Of a stretch of DNA of 32,000 bases, positions 7,355 through 19,872 are shown piece by piece (within the stretch, counting starts at the first letter, position 1; each line of letters begins with the position of its first letter). The notes under the pieces are model-generated. The model was not told where the DNA came from. It saw only the letters and a list, made by a program, of their open reading frames with translations, and did not search any database. Where the stretch lies: assembly GCF_000018785.1 (NCBI RefSeq), contig NC_010163.1:60001-92000 (forward strand), written 5' to 3'. This stretch comes from Acholeplasma laidlawii PG-8A (GTDB taxonomy: Bacteria > Bacillota_I > Bacilli_A > Acholeplasmatales > Acholeplasmataceae). Both the position numbers and the translations under genes were made by a program.

Positions 7355-7378
7355 AAATAAGCGAAAATAAAAGAGTAA

Positions 7379-7489
7379 ACATCCCTATAGGGTATTCTCA
7401 TTCAATATTAAGGATCGAACCTGGTCAGGCCTTGATTGGAGCAGCCATAAGATACCTGATATGTGGATGAGGATACCCTATGGGGATGT
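7379..7489 (+). ncRNA. ffs: Signal recognition particle RNA (small bacterial 4.5S/scRNA type)
   Basis: Long terminal helix: ACATCCCTATAGGGTATTCTCAT (7379-) pairs with ATGAGGATACCCTATGGGGATGT (-7489) using G-U pairs. The apical domain IV-type motif is CCTGGTCAGG...GGAGCAGCCATAAG. Followed by TTTTATT. Position downstream of tadA matches Bacillus. Confidence 0.85.
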
Positions 7490-7511
7490 TTTATTAAAAC
7501 ATAAAACGATA

Positions 7512-7520
7512 TGATATAAT
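7512..7520 (+). promoter_or_regulatory. Extended -10 element upstream of ORF 7563
   Basis: TGaTATAAT at 7512-7520. Only a weak -35 is present. Confidence 0.4.
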
Positions 7521-7562
7521 TAAAACTAGATGATAAACTTAAAAATTTGGAGGATTTAAAGT

Positions 7563-8240
7563 ATGAAAATGTTACCAAAAGATTACGCTAAGGCAGTAGG
7601 CACTCCCTTTAGAGTAGAAAAATATAACGACGCTACCTTAGAAATGTATTATTTAAACGATAGAAGTGATTTCCACAAATTTGCATCACGTGGTAGATTT
7701 TCTGTTTGGACATCAGATGGTGTAAACTATAGACTATTTGTTGAAAAAGGATATTATGAATCAGTCACTGATCTTTATACAAATGAAGTGAACACAATCT
7801 GGTTAGATTTCACAAATACAATCTATGCTCAACAACGTAAAATGTCACGTATGTATATGATGGTATCGATGATTGTATTACTTATTGTATTAGGTGCATC
7901 TATTGGGTTACAACAAATTATTCCCGATCAAGCAGATAATGTTTTTTTAGCTGCAATGGTTGTATTATTTATTGGATTATTTGTTTCATCTAATAGACAA
8001 CAAAAGAAATTAAGAACTTTAGTAAGCGATGAAAATAAAAAAGCAACACAATTAATCAAAGATACATTAGGGGAAACAAGATTCCAAGGTATTTTAGAAG
8101 GTCAAGAAAAATACTACGAAGCATACTACAAATCAGATGATGAAGTCACAGAAGAAGAAGCATCTGAAGAAGAAACACCAACTCAATTAGAAGATTCAGA
8201 AACAGAAAACAATTCAGAAGAAAAGACTAATAAGGAGTAA
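7563..8240 (+). CDS. Hypothetical membrane protein with an acidic C-terminal tail
   Basis: GGAGG RBS at 7550-7554. About 105-aa soluble N-terminal domain, two TM helices ([20 protein letters not shown] and [17 protein letters not shown]), then an E/D/S/T-rich tail ([29 protein letters not shown]). I recognise no family. Confidence 0.6.
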   Translation: MKMLPKDYAKAVGTPFRVEKYNDATLEMYYLNDRSDFHKFASRGRFSVWTSDGVNYRLFVEKGYYESVTDLYTNEVNTIWLDFTNTIYAQQRKMSRMYMMVSMIVLLIVLGASIGLQQIIPDQADNVFLAAMVVLFIGLFVSSNRQQKKLRTLVSDENKKATQLIKDTLGETRFQGILEGQEKYYEAYYKSDDEVTEEEASEEETPTQLEDSETENNSEEKTNKE

Positions 8241-8247
8241 AAAAATA

Positions 8248-10203
8248 ATGGATATAAACAAGTTATCTATTGATACGATTCGTTTTTTAGGGATTGACGC
8301 TATTAATAAAGCAAATAGTGGACATCCTGGTATTGTCATTGGTGCTGCACCAATGGCGCATACTCTATTTACAAAACACATCAACATTTATCCAAAGATG
8401 AGTCGCTGGATAAACCGTGACCGCTTTATTCTTTCTGCAGGTCATGGTTCTATGCTACTTTATGCATTAAATCATTTATCGGGTTACAAAGTCTCTATTG
8501 ATGATTTAAAAAACTTTAGAAACTATCCAGGAAATACACCAGGACATCCAGAGTATGGTCATACAGATGGTGTTGAAACAACATCTGGTCCGCTTGGACA
8601 AGGTATTTCTAATGCTGTGGGTATGGCAATTGCTGAAAAGCATTTAGCTGCACGTTTTAATGAACCAAACTTTGATTTAATCAGTCACTATACTTATGTA
8701 TTAGTAGGTGATGGTGACTTACAAGAAGGGGTAGCTTTAGAAGCTATTTCACTTGCGGGACATTTAGGGTTAGGTAAACTTATTGTTTTATATGATTCTA
8801 ATGATATTCAATTAGACGGTGAAACAAATCTAGCAATATCAGAAGATGTTAAAAAGAAGTTTGAAGCACAAAACTGGCACTACACTAAAGTAGAAGACGG
8901 TGAAGATTTAGATCAAATTAACCGCGCTATTTTACGGGCTAAAAAGATCGTTGATAAACCAACCATTATTGAAGTTAAAACAATTATTGGTAGAGGTACA
9001 ACATCAGAAGGTACTTCAAAAGTTCATGGTTCACCTTTAGGGGAAGCTGAACGTGAAAAATTAGCACAAAAATCAGGCTATAACTACAAACCATTTGAAG
9101 TAGACGGTGAAGTATATAGTTTCTATAAGAGCAAAGTATTTAACAAAGGTAAACGTGTCTACAACAAATGGGTTAAGATGTTAGATGCTTATAAAGCACA
9201 ATTCCCAGAAAAACATGATTTATTCAACCAATTCTTAAGTGGAAATATGCAAATAGATTTAAGTAGCCTAGTATATAATGCAGGTTCTAAAGAAGCAACA
9301 CGTAACGTATTAGGTAAAGCTTTAACACTTGCAAGTCATCAAAACTTAAATATTGTTGGTGGATCAGCAGATCTAACTTCATCAACTAAAGCTAAAGGTA
9401 ATGATGGACATTTCAGTAGAGATAATGCTTTAGCAAGAAATATTAACTTTGGTGTTAGAGAACACGCAATGGGTGCTGTAGTTAATGGTATGACACTGCA
9501 TGGTGGTTTAAAATCATTTACAGGTGCATTCTTTGTCTTCTCAGACTATATGAAACCACCAATTCGTTTAGCTGCAATGATGAAAATACCTAGTGTATTT
9601 ATCTTCTCACATGACTCAGTTGCAGTTGGTGAAGACGGTCCAACACATGAACCGATTGAACAACTTATTGGATTACGTAGTATTCCAGATTTAAACGTTA
9701 TTCGTCCAGCGGATGCAAATGAAACAAAAGCAGCAGTTGAGATTGCATTTGAATCTAAAGATACAGCAACAGCGATTATCACTTCTAGACAAAATGTCTT
9801 AAATTTAGAACACACAAGTAAAGAGGGTGTTTTAAAGGGAGCATATATCGTAAGTAAAGAAGAAAACAAATTAGACGGTATCTTATTAGCATCTGGTTCT
9901 GAAGTGGGACTAGCTTATGAAGCAAAACAAATCCTTAAAGAAAAAGGATTAGATATCCGTGTTGTTTCTATGCCATCACATCATGCATTTTTATTGCAAA
10001 ATGAAGACTACAGAAGTAAAATACTTCCGGCAAATGTCAAAACCCTTGCAGTAGAGATGGGATCTAGCTATTCATGGTATAGATTTACACCTCATGTATA
10101 CGGTATTGATACATTTGGACTTTCTGCAAATGCTGATGTGGTATTAAAACATTTCGGCTTTAACAAAGAAAGCATTGCAGAAGCATTTATAAATATTAAA
10201 TAA
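8248..10203 (+). CDS. tkt: Transketolase
   Basis: 651 aa. ThDP motifs [14 protein letters not shown] and [13 protein letters not shown]. Confidence 0.95.
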   Translation: MDINKLSIDTIRFLGIDAINKANSGHPGIVIGAAPMAHTLFTKHINIYPKMSRWINRDRFILSAGHGSMLLYALNHLSGYKVSIDDLKNFRNYPGNTPGHPEYGHTDGVETTSGPLGQGISNAVGMAIAEKHLAARFNEPNFDLISHYTYVLVGDGDLQEGVALEAISLAGHLGLGKLIVLYDSNDIQLDGETNLAISEDVKKKFEAQNWHYTKVEDGEDLDQINRAILRAKKIVDKPTIIEVKTIIGRGTTSEGTSKVHGSPLGEAEREKLAQKSGYNYKPFEVDGEVYSFYKSKVFNKGKRVYNKWVKMLDAYKAQFPEKHDLFNQFLSGNMQIDLSSLVYNAGSKEATRNVLGKALTLASHQNLNIVGGSADLTSSTKAKGNDGHFSRDNALARNINFGVREHAMGAVVNGMTLHGGLKSFTGAFFVFSDYMKPPIRLAAMMKIPSVFIFSHDSVAVGEDGPTHEPIEQLIGLRSIPDLNVIRPADANETKAAVEIAFESKDTATAIITSRQNVLNLEHTSKEGVLKGAYIVSKEENKLDGILLASGSEVGLAYEAKQILKEKGLDIRVVSMPSHHAFLLQNEDYRSKILPANVKTLAVEMGSSYSWYRFTPHVYGIDTFGLSANADVVLKHFGFNKESIAEAFINIK

Positions 10204-10224
10204 AAGTTTTAAAGGAAGATATAT

Positions 10225-12078
10225 ATGATTTATGATGGCATTATTGTAGGTGCTGGACACGCCGGTGTCGAAGCTGCACTTGCTATGGCAAAAATGAAAC
10301 TTAATACTTTACTCATTACAGGCGATCTAACAAAGGTTGCTACTTTGCCATGTAATCCATCAATTGGTGGACCTGCTAAAGGTATTGTAGTTAGAGAAAT
10401 TGACGCACTTGGCGGTCAAATGGCAAAGTCAGCAGACTTAAGTCAAATTCAAATGAAGATGTTAAATCCTTCAAAAGGTCCAGCAGTTCGTGCACTACGC
10501 GCTCAAATTGATAAATTAAAATATCCTAAAGTGATGTTAGATGTGTTACAAAACACACCGAATCTAACTTTACTTCAAGGATTTGTTGACACATTAATTG
10601 TTGAAGACAATACCGTTAAAGGTGTAAACCTAGAAGATGGTAGTCAAGTATTTGCCCAAACTGTAATTATTACAACAGGTACATATTTAGGTTCTCAAAT
10701 TTTAATTGGTCACGAAAAAACATCAAGTGGTCCAAATGGTGAACGTACAACACGTGGTATTTCTAATCAACTTAAAAACTTAGGTTTTGAAATGCTTAGA
10801 CTAAAAACGGGTACACCACCAAGAATTGCTAGAGATTCTATCGACTATTCTAAAACTGTACCACAACCAGGTGATGGTGTTTTCCAAACATTTTCACATG
10901 ATTCACCAATCACTGACTTAGGTCACCAAGAATTTAGCTACTTAATCCACACATCACCAGATACTAAAGATATTATATTTAATAACTTAGATGCATCAGC
11001 AATGTATGGTGGTGTTGTAGAAGGTGTTGGTCCAAGATACTGTCCATCTATTGAAGACAAATTTGTTAGATTTAAAGATAAAGACAGACATCAAATCTTT
11101 ATTGAACCAGAATCCATGGATTTAAATGAAATGTATATCCAAGGATTATCCACATCGATGCCAAAACATATTCAAGAGCAAATGGTAAGATCTTTACCTG
11201 GTATGGAAAACGCACGTATTGTGCGTTATGCATACGCAATCGAATATGATGCAATTAATCCAAGACAACTCTATCAATCCTTAGAGACTAAAGTCATCCA
11301 TAATCTATTTTGTGCTGGTCAAATTAACGGTACATCAGGTTATGAAGAAGCTGCTGGTCAAGGTTTAATGGCAGGTATTAATGCAGGATTAAAAGTACAG
11401 GGTAAAAAACCACTCGTATTAAAAAGAGATGAAGCATATATTGGTGTATTAATTGACGACCTTATTACTAAGGGAACTAGTGAACCATATAGACTTTTAA
11501 CCTCACGTGCAGAACATAGACTGTTATTAAGAAACGATAATGCCGATATAAGATTAAGAGATTATGGCTATCAAATCGGTTTAGTCGATGATGCAACGTA
11601 TGAAAGATTCGAACATAAGAAAATAGCATTAAAAGAAATGATTGAAAGAGCAAAATCAACAAAGATTAACCCAACTGAGGAAAATCTAAACTATTTAGCT
11701 TCGGTAAATTCAAGCCCGATTTATGAAGGCGTTACAGTCTTTAAATTACTTGAAAGACCTGAACTTAAGATAGAAACCCTTAAACATTTTTTACCATCAG
11801 ACTATAATCATGAAATCTATGAACAATTAGAAATATATATTAAGTATGATGGATATATTGAAAAAGCTAGAAGAGAAGCGGATAAATTATTACGCTATGA
11901 ATCTAGATTTATTCCAAACGATATTAATTATCATAGTATTCACAACATATCTGCAGAAGCTAAAGAAAAATTAAGTAAGATTAAACCAGAAACATTAGGT
12001 CAAGCAACTAGAATCCTAGGTGTTGGACCAACGGATGTATCCATGTTACTCGTTTATCTAGAAGCCAAGAATGCTTAA
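10225..12078 (+). CDS. mnmG: tRNA uridine 5-carboxymethylaminomethyl modification enzyme MnmG (GidA)
   Basis: FAD-binding motif [11 protein letters not shown], plus [11 protein letters not shown] and [18 protein letters not shown]. Confidence 0.96.
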   Translation: MIYDGIIVGAGHAGVEAALAMAKMKLNTLLITGDLTKVATLPCNPSIGGPAKGIVVREIDALGGQMAKSADLSQIQMKMLNPSKGPAVRALRAQIDKLKYPKVMLDVLQNTPNLTLLQGFVDTLIVEDNTVKGVNLEDGSQVFAQTVIITTGTYLGSQILIGHEKTSSGPNGERTTRGISNQLKNLGFEMLRLKTGTPPRIARDSIDYSKTVPQPGDGVFQTFSHDSPITDLGHQEFSYLIHTSPDTKDIIFNNLDASAMYGGVVEGVGPRYCPSIEDKFVRFKDKDRHQIFIEPESMDLNEMYIQGLSTSMPKHIQEQMVRSLPGMENARIVRYAYAIEYDAINPRQLYQSLETKVIHNLFCAGQINGTSGYEEAAGQGLMAGINAGLKVQGKKPLVLKRDEAYIGVLIDDLITKGTSEPYRLLTSRAEHRLLLRNDNADIRLRDYGYQIGLVDDATYERFEHKKIALKEMIERAKSTKINPTEENLNYLASVNSSPIYEGVTVFKLLERPELKIETLKHFLPSDYNHEIYEQLEIYIKYDGYIEKARREADKLLRYESRFIPNDINYHSIHNISAEAKEKLSKIKPETLGQATRILGVGPTDVSMLLVYLEAKNA

Positions 12079-12763
12079 TACATACATTACAAATATATTA
12101 GGCATCAAGTTAACCGAACAACAAAACGGGCAATTTGATGCCTATTATAACTTATTAGTAGCATATAATAAGCATACGAATTTAACACGTATTACTTCAA
12201 GAGATGATGCAGACATCAAACACTTTTTAGATTCCGTACTGATAAGTAAGTTAGTAGATTTAAATAAAGTTGTGACATTATGTGATATGGGTGCAGGTGC
12301 TGGGTTTCCATCGATACCTTTATTAATTGTTTTTCCTAATATTCAAGTGACTATTGTAGAGTCACAAATTAAACGTGTGCAGTTTTTACAAGAACTCAAA
12401 CAAGCGCTTGGCTTAGAGTTTAATATCGTTCACGATCGTGCTGAAAACTTTAGCAGTAAAAATTATCAACAATTTGATATAGTAACCGCAAGAGCATTAG
12501 GTGAGTTAAGACTGATTTTAGAGTTTGGTGTACCAATGCTAAAAGTGGGTGGACATTTCATTGCACCTAAGGGAAGTAAGTTTGAAGAAGAACTTACATC
12601 AGCAGCACACGCAATTAAGGTATTAAATGTCGAATTAATCACACAAGACTTATTTGAACTTCCTTTAGAATCAGGGTTTAGAGCAAACCTATTATTTAGA
12701 AAAGAAAAACACGTATCTGGATATCCTAGACCGTTTCCAATCATAAAGAAAAAACCACTGTAA
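12071..12763 (+). CDS. rsmG: 16S rRNA (guanine527-N7)-methyltransferase RsmG (GidB)
   Basis: SAM motif [13 protein letters not shown]. Overlaps the mnmG end, giving the canonical mnmG-rsmG pair. Confidence 0.93.
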   Translation: MLNTYITNILGIKLTEQQNGQFDAYYNLLVAYNKHTNLTRITSRDDADIKHFLDSVLISKLVDLNKVVTLCDMGAGAGFPSIPLLIVFPNIQVTIVESQIKRVQFLQELKQALGLEFNIVHDRAENFSSKNYQQFDIVTARALGELRLILEFGVPMLKVGGHFIAPKGSKFEEELTSAAHAIKVLNVELITQDLFELPLESGFRANLLFRKEKHVSGYPRPFPIIKKKPL

Positions 12764-12774
12764 GGATTGATTAT

Positions 12775-12945
12775 ATGAGCAAGTATACAATCGGACAAAT
12801 CGTAAAAACAAAAAAACAACATGTATGTGGATCCAAAGAATGGATAGTTTTAAGAGTTGGTGTAGATATGAAGCTCGAATGTAAGGGTTGTGGTAGACAA
12901 ATCATGATGTTACAATTCGAACTTGATAAGCGATTAGTAAAATAA
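12775..12945 (+). CDS. Small DUF951-family protein (56 aa), absent from the supplied ORF track
   Basis: My own translation is MSKYTIGQIVKTKKQHVCGSKEWIVLRVGVDMKLECKGCGRQIMMLQFELDKRLVK*. The C-x4-W ... C-x2-C pattern and the position after rsmG fit the Firmicute DUF951 family. Confidence 0.65.
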   Translation: MSKYTIGQIVKTKKQHVCGSKEWIVLRVGVDMKLECKGCGRQIMMLQFELDKRLVK

Positions 12946-13043
12946 ATCAGGTAAATTTTTACTCTAAGAATGGCTTTATAGATTCAAGTAATGGCTATAA
13001 ATAGGTAAAAAAAACATAAATCATAAATTTATTCATTTTTTGT

Positions 13044-13072
13044 TTGACTTATGATTTGAAATGTCGTATCAT
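13044..13072 (+). promoter_or_regulatory. Candidate distal promoter upstream of the tRNA-Tyr/rRNA operon
   Basis: TTGACT (13044-13049), 17-nt spacer, TATCAT (13067-13072). Confidence 0.4.
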
Positions 13073-13179
13073 GGTATTTGGCTTTTCCAGGGATTTATAT
13101 AAATTGCGCCTATATATATTTATATATATGACGTAAAATATCTAAACTTTAGATTATTCGCCAAAAGATAATAAAATGG

Positions 13180-13208
13180 TTGCAATTTGACTTAAGTTAA
13201 GTTAGAAT
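13180..13208 (+). promoter_or_regulatory. Promoter for tRNA-Tyr
   Basis: TTGCAA (13180-13185), 17-nt spacer, TAGAAT (13203-13208). The tRNA begins about 20 nt downstream. Confidence 0.55.
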
Positions 13209-13227
13209 AATAAGGCAATCAAAAAAC

Positions 13228-13311
13228 GGAGGGGTAGCGAAGTGGCTAAACGCGGCAGACTGTAAATCTGTTCCTAACGGTTCGGCAGTTCGAATCTGCC
13301 CCCCTCCACCA
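13228..13311 (+). tRNA. tRNA-Tyr (GTA), class II with long variable arm, CCA encoded
   Basis: Acceptor stem GGAGGGG/CCCCTCC, anticodon loop CTGTAAA, T-loop TTCGAAT. Confidence 0.93.
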
Positions 13312-13361
13312 TTCTAATTTATAAGTTTATAACGGCCTTGTGCATTTGTTGAAAAAAGTTG

Positions 13362-13390
13362 TTGACAAGGTTATTTTATAATGATAGAAT
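13362..13390 (+). promoter_or_regulatory. rRNA operon promoter
   Basis: TTGACA (13362-13367), 17-nt spacer, extended -10 TGaTAGAAT (13382-13390). Confidence 0.6.
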
Positions 13391-13422
13391 GATTAAGCGC
13401 TCGAACAAAGAGACGCAAAATT

Positions 13423-13453
13423 GAGTCTTTGAAAACTGAATGATGATGAACAA
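13423..13453 (+). other. 5' half of the 16S precursor processing stem
   Basis: GAGTCTTTGAAAACTGAATGATGATGAACAA is nearly complementary to 15068-15097. Confidence 0.7.
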
Positions 13454-13496
13454 GAGAAAACAAAAATAAGAGCTAAAATCAAAACAAAACATAAAT

Positions 13497-15002
<1,506 letters not shown>

Positions 15003-15067
15003 AAGGAGAAAGGCTAACTAACACTTAGCACAAGATGACTACTAGTAAGTAGTAATATTCTCTAAAT

Positions 15068-15097
15068 TTGTTCATCATATTCAGTTTTGAAAGACTT
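15068..15097 (+). other. 3' half of the 16S precursor processing stem (in the 16S-23S spacer)
   Basis: TTGTTCATCATATTCAGTTTTGAAAGACTT pairs with 13423-13453, with one bulge and two mismatches. Confidence 0.7.
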
Positions 15098-15130
15098 AAA
15101 GTAATTTAAGTGTTTCAAGAAGTAAAGAAA

Positions 15131-15166
15131 GTCTTTGAAAAGTAGATAAATGATGTCTGAAAAGAA
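15131..15166 (+). other. 5' half of the 23S precursor processing stem
   Basis: GTCTTTGAAAAGTAGATAAATGATGTCTGAAAAGAA is complementary to 18042-18079, apart from an internal loop. Confidence 0.65.
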
Positions 15167-15170
15167 ATAA

Positions 15171-18021
<2,851 letters not shown>

Positions 18022-18041
18022 TCGTGATGATTCGCATCACA

Positions 18042-18079
18042 TTCTTTTCAGAGAAAATCATTTATCTAGTTTTGAGAGC
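18042..18079 (+). other. 3' half of the 23S precursor processing stem
   Basis: TTCTTTTCAGAGAAAATCATTTATCTAGTTTTGAGAGC pairs with 15131-15166. Confidence 0.65.
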
Positions 18080-18085
18080 ATTATG

Positions 18086-18197
<112 letters not shown>

Positions 18198-18225
18198 ATA
18201 TCATCTCAATTTTATACCATTTTTT

Positions 18226-18301
18226 GGAGGATTAGCTCAGTTGGGAGAGCACCTGCCTTACAAGCAGGGGGTCGGCGGTTCAAGCCCGTCATCCTCCACC
18301 A
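18226..18301 (+). tRNA. tRNA-Val (TAC)
   Basis: Cloverleaf with acceptor GGAGGAT/ATCCTCC and anticodon loop CTTACAA. CCA encoded. Confidence 0.93.
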
Positions 18302-18309
18302 CTTTACAA

Positions 18310-18385
18310 GCCGAAATAGCTCAATCGGTAGAGCAACTGATTTGTAATCAGTAGGTTGCGGGTTCAATTCCTGTTTTCGGCACCA
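18310..18385 (+). tRNA. tRNA-Thr (TGT)
   Basis: Acceptor GCCGAAA/TTTCGGC and anticodon loop TTTGTAA. CCA encoded. Confidence 0.93.
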
Positions 18386-18392
18386 CTACAAT

Positions 18393-18468
18393 GTCCCGTT
18401 AGCTCAGGTGGTAGAGCACTTGACTTTTAATCAAGGTGTCGATGGTTCGAGTCCATCACGGGACACCA
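18393..18468 (+). tRNA. tRNA-Lys (TTT)
   Basis: Acceptor GTCCCGT/ACGGGAC and anticodon loop CTTTTAA. CCA encoded. Confidence 0.93.
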
Positions 18469-18483
18469 CTTTTATAATTTAAT

Positions 18484-18570
18484 GCCCGGGTGGTGAAATC
18501 GGTAGACACGCAGGACTTAAAATCCTGTGGCATAAAAGCCATGTCGGTTCAAGTCCGACCCCGGGCACCA
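18484..18570 (+). tRNA. tRNA-Leu (TAA), class II
   Basis: Acceptor GCCCGGG/CCCGGGC, anticodon loop CTTAAAA and a long variable arm. CCA encoded. Confidence 0.93.
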
Positions 18571-18592
18571 CTAAAAAATTAATTAAATTGTT

Positions 18593-18668
18593 GGGGCTTT
18601 AGCTCAGCTGGGAGAGCGCCTGCCTTGCACGCAGGAGGTCAGCGGTTCGATCCCGCTAAGCTCCACCA
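18593..18668 (+). tRNA. tRNA-Ala (TGC)
   Basis: Acceptor GGGGCTT/AAGCTCC with the G3:U70 identity pair, and anticodon loop CTTGCAC. CCA encoded. Confidence 0.93.
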
Positions 18669-18713
18669 GTTTACGATTTTAATCAAGTATCAAAAAGTTT
18701 CTAACCAATATAT

Positions 18714-18790
18714 GGCGGTGTAGCTCAGCTGGCTAGAGCGTGCGGTTCATACCCGCAAGGTCGAGGGTTCAAGTCCCCCCGCCGCTACCA
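18714..18790 (+). tRNA. tRNA-Met (CAT), elongator type
   Basis: GGCGGTGTAGCTCAGCTGGCTAGAGCG... with anticodon loop TTCATAC. It closely resembles the Bacillus elongator Met as I remember it. Confidence 0.8.
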
Positions 18791-18794
18791 GTAC

Positions 18795-18871
18795 GGACCC
18801 GTAGCTCAGTTGGTTAGAGCTACCGGCTCATAACCGGTCGGTCGTTGGTTCGAGTCCAACCGGGTCCACCA
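18795..18871 (+). tRNA. tRNA-Ile2 (CAT, lysidine-dependent), assigned by similarity
   Basis: GGACCCGTAGCTCAGTTGGTTAGAGC...GGCTCATAACC... resembles Bacillus tRNA-Ile(CAU) and the tRNA-Ile(GAT) body. It lies in the Met-Ile-Ser order. Confidence 0.7.
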
Positions 18872-18893
18872 GTATTAACTTTTAAATAAACGT

Positions 18894-18982
18894 GGAGGAA
18901 TACCCAAGAGGCTGAAGGGATCGGTCTTGAAAACCGACAGGGTGTAAAAGCCGCGGGGGTTCAAATCCCTCTTCCTCCGCCA
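18894..18982 (+). tRNA. tRNA-Ser (TGA), class II
   Basis: Acceptor GGAGGAA/TTCCTCC, anticodon loop CTTGAAA and a long variable arm. CCA encoded. Confidence 0.93.
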
Positions 18983-19003
18983 CTACAATTTTAAAACCAG
19001 TTA

Positions 19004-19012
19004 TGGTATAAT
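19004..19012 (+). promoter_or_regulatory. Candidate internal extended -10 promoter ahead of tRNA-fMet
   Basis: TGgTATAAT at 19004-19012 in the 40-nt Ser-fMet spacer. The same TGGTATAAT occurs in the yccF-like promoter at 19335-19343. Confidence 0.4.
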
Positions 19013-19022
19013 AACAACATAT

Positions 19023-19099
<77 letters not shown>

Positions 19100-19114
19100 A
19101 ATAAAATTTAAAAC

Positions 19115-19190
19115 GGTCCGGTGGTGTAGGGGTTAACATGCCTGCCTGTCACGCAGGAGATCGCGGGTTCAAATCCCGTCCGGACCGCCA
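19115..19190 (+). tRNA. tRNA-Asp (GTC)
   Basis: Acceptor GGTCCGG/CCGGACC and anticodon loop CTGTCAC. CCA encoded. Confidence 0.93.
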
Positions 19191-19197
19191 TTTTAGT

Positions 19198-19273
19198 GGC
19201 TCTGTAGCTCAGTCGGTAGAGCAGTGGCCTGAAGAGCCTCGTGTCAGCGGTTCGATTCCGCTTGGAGCCACCA
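19198..19273 (+). tRNA. tRNA-Phe (GAA)
   Basis: Acceptor GGCTCTG/TGGAGCC (two G-U pairs) and anticodon loop CTGAAGA. There is a U28-U42 mismatch in the anticodon stem. CCA encoded. Confidence 0.88.
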
Positions 19274-19287
19274 CTTATGAACTTAGT

Positions 19288-19316
19288 AAAGTCTGTTAAA
19301 TACAGGCTTTTTTTAT
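19288..19316 (+). terminator. Rho-independent terminator ending the rRNA-tRNA operon
   Basis: Stem AAAGTCTGT (19288-19296) pairs with ACAGGCTTT (19302-19310). 5-nt loop and a T-run. Confidence 0.8.
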
Positions 19317-19343
19317 TGTTTAAGTATAGAGTTTTGGTATAAT
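19316..19343 (+). promoter_or_regulatory. Promoter of the yccF-like gene
   Basis: TTGTTT (19316-19321), 16-nt spacer, extended -10 TGgTATAAT (19335-19343). Confidence 0.5.
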
Positions 19344-19367
19344 AGGTTTAAAATAAAGGGGAAAGTT

Positions 19368-19730
19368 ATGAAAATATTAGGAAATATTATTTGGTTCATC
19401 TTTGGTGGCTTGTTTGCAGGACTCGCTTGGTTCATTTTAGGTATACTTTTATGTATTACCATTATTGGTATTCCAATTGGATTACAGTTTTTCAAGTTTG
19501 CACAATTGGTTATCTGGCCATTTGGTAATGATGTGAACATAGATTTTAATAAACATCCAATTCTAAATATCTTATGGATCATCTTCTTAGGATGGGAAAC
19601 AGCACTAGGTTACATCTTTATAGGTGCAATATTTTGTATGACTATCATTGGTATCCCTTTTGGGTTACAATGGTTTAAACTATCTAAATTAGCACTCATT
19701 CCATTTGGTGCAACGATAAAGTCTACTTAA
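19368..19730 (+). CDS. YccF-domain (DUF307) inner membrane protein
   Basis: Two internal repeats: IWFIFGG...CITIIGIPIGLQFFKFAQLVIWPFG and ILWIIFLG...CMTIIGIPFGLQWFKLSKLALIPFG. GGGGAAAG RBS. Confidence 0.85.
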   Translation: MKILGNIIWFIFGGLFAGLAWFILGILLCITIIGIPIGLQFFKFAQLVIWPFGNDVNIDFNKHPILNILWIIFLGWETALGYIFIGAIFCMTIIGIPFGLQWFKLSKLALIPFGATIKST

Positions 19731-19747
19731 AGGTAGGCTTTTTATTT
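19718..19747 (+). terminator. Rho-independent terminator after the yccF-like gene
   Basis: Stem AAAGTCTAC pairs with GTAGGCTTT, with the stop codon in the loop. Followed by a T-run. Confidence 0.6.
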
Positions 19748-19872
19748 GGTAAATTCTGGGTTTGGGTGTAATGTCTATCGTTATTTGATATACTAATGTA
19801 TAGACAATATATATGAAATATATACTCCATATTAAAAATATAATAACTATAATTAAAAAGAAGAGGTATGAG

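Noticed and set aside
1820-11154. Four perfect DnaA-box 9-mers (TTATCCACA/TGTGGATAA) at 1820-1828, 4736-4744, 6228-6236 and 11146-11154, in a region containing mnmG and rsmG, which are often origin-proximal.
   Set aside because: All four lie inside coding sequences, kilobases apart. There is no cluster, no AT-rich unwinding element and no dnaA/dnaN nearby. The count is somewhat above my rough chance expectation (under one), but that is not enough to call an origin or a DnaA-box cluster.
13111-13129. A TATATATATTTATATATAT tract in the rsmG-to-tRNA-Tyr intergenic region, possibly a repeat or palindrome.
   Set aside because: It is a short, imperfect, low-complexity AT dinucleotide run in an AT-rich intergenic region. 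At most it is a bendable UP-like element between promoters, not a discrete repeat family.
15003-15170. Searched the 16S-23S spacer for tRNA-Ile and tRNA-Ala genes.
   Set aside because: No acceptor or T-arm pattern is present. The spacer content is explained by the two processing-stem halves.
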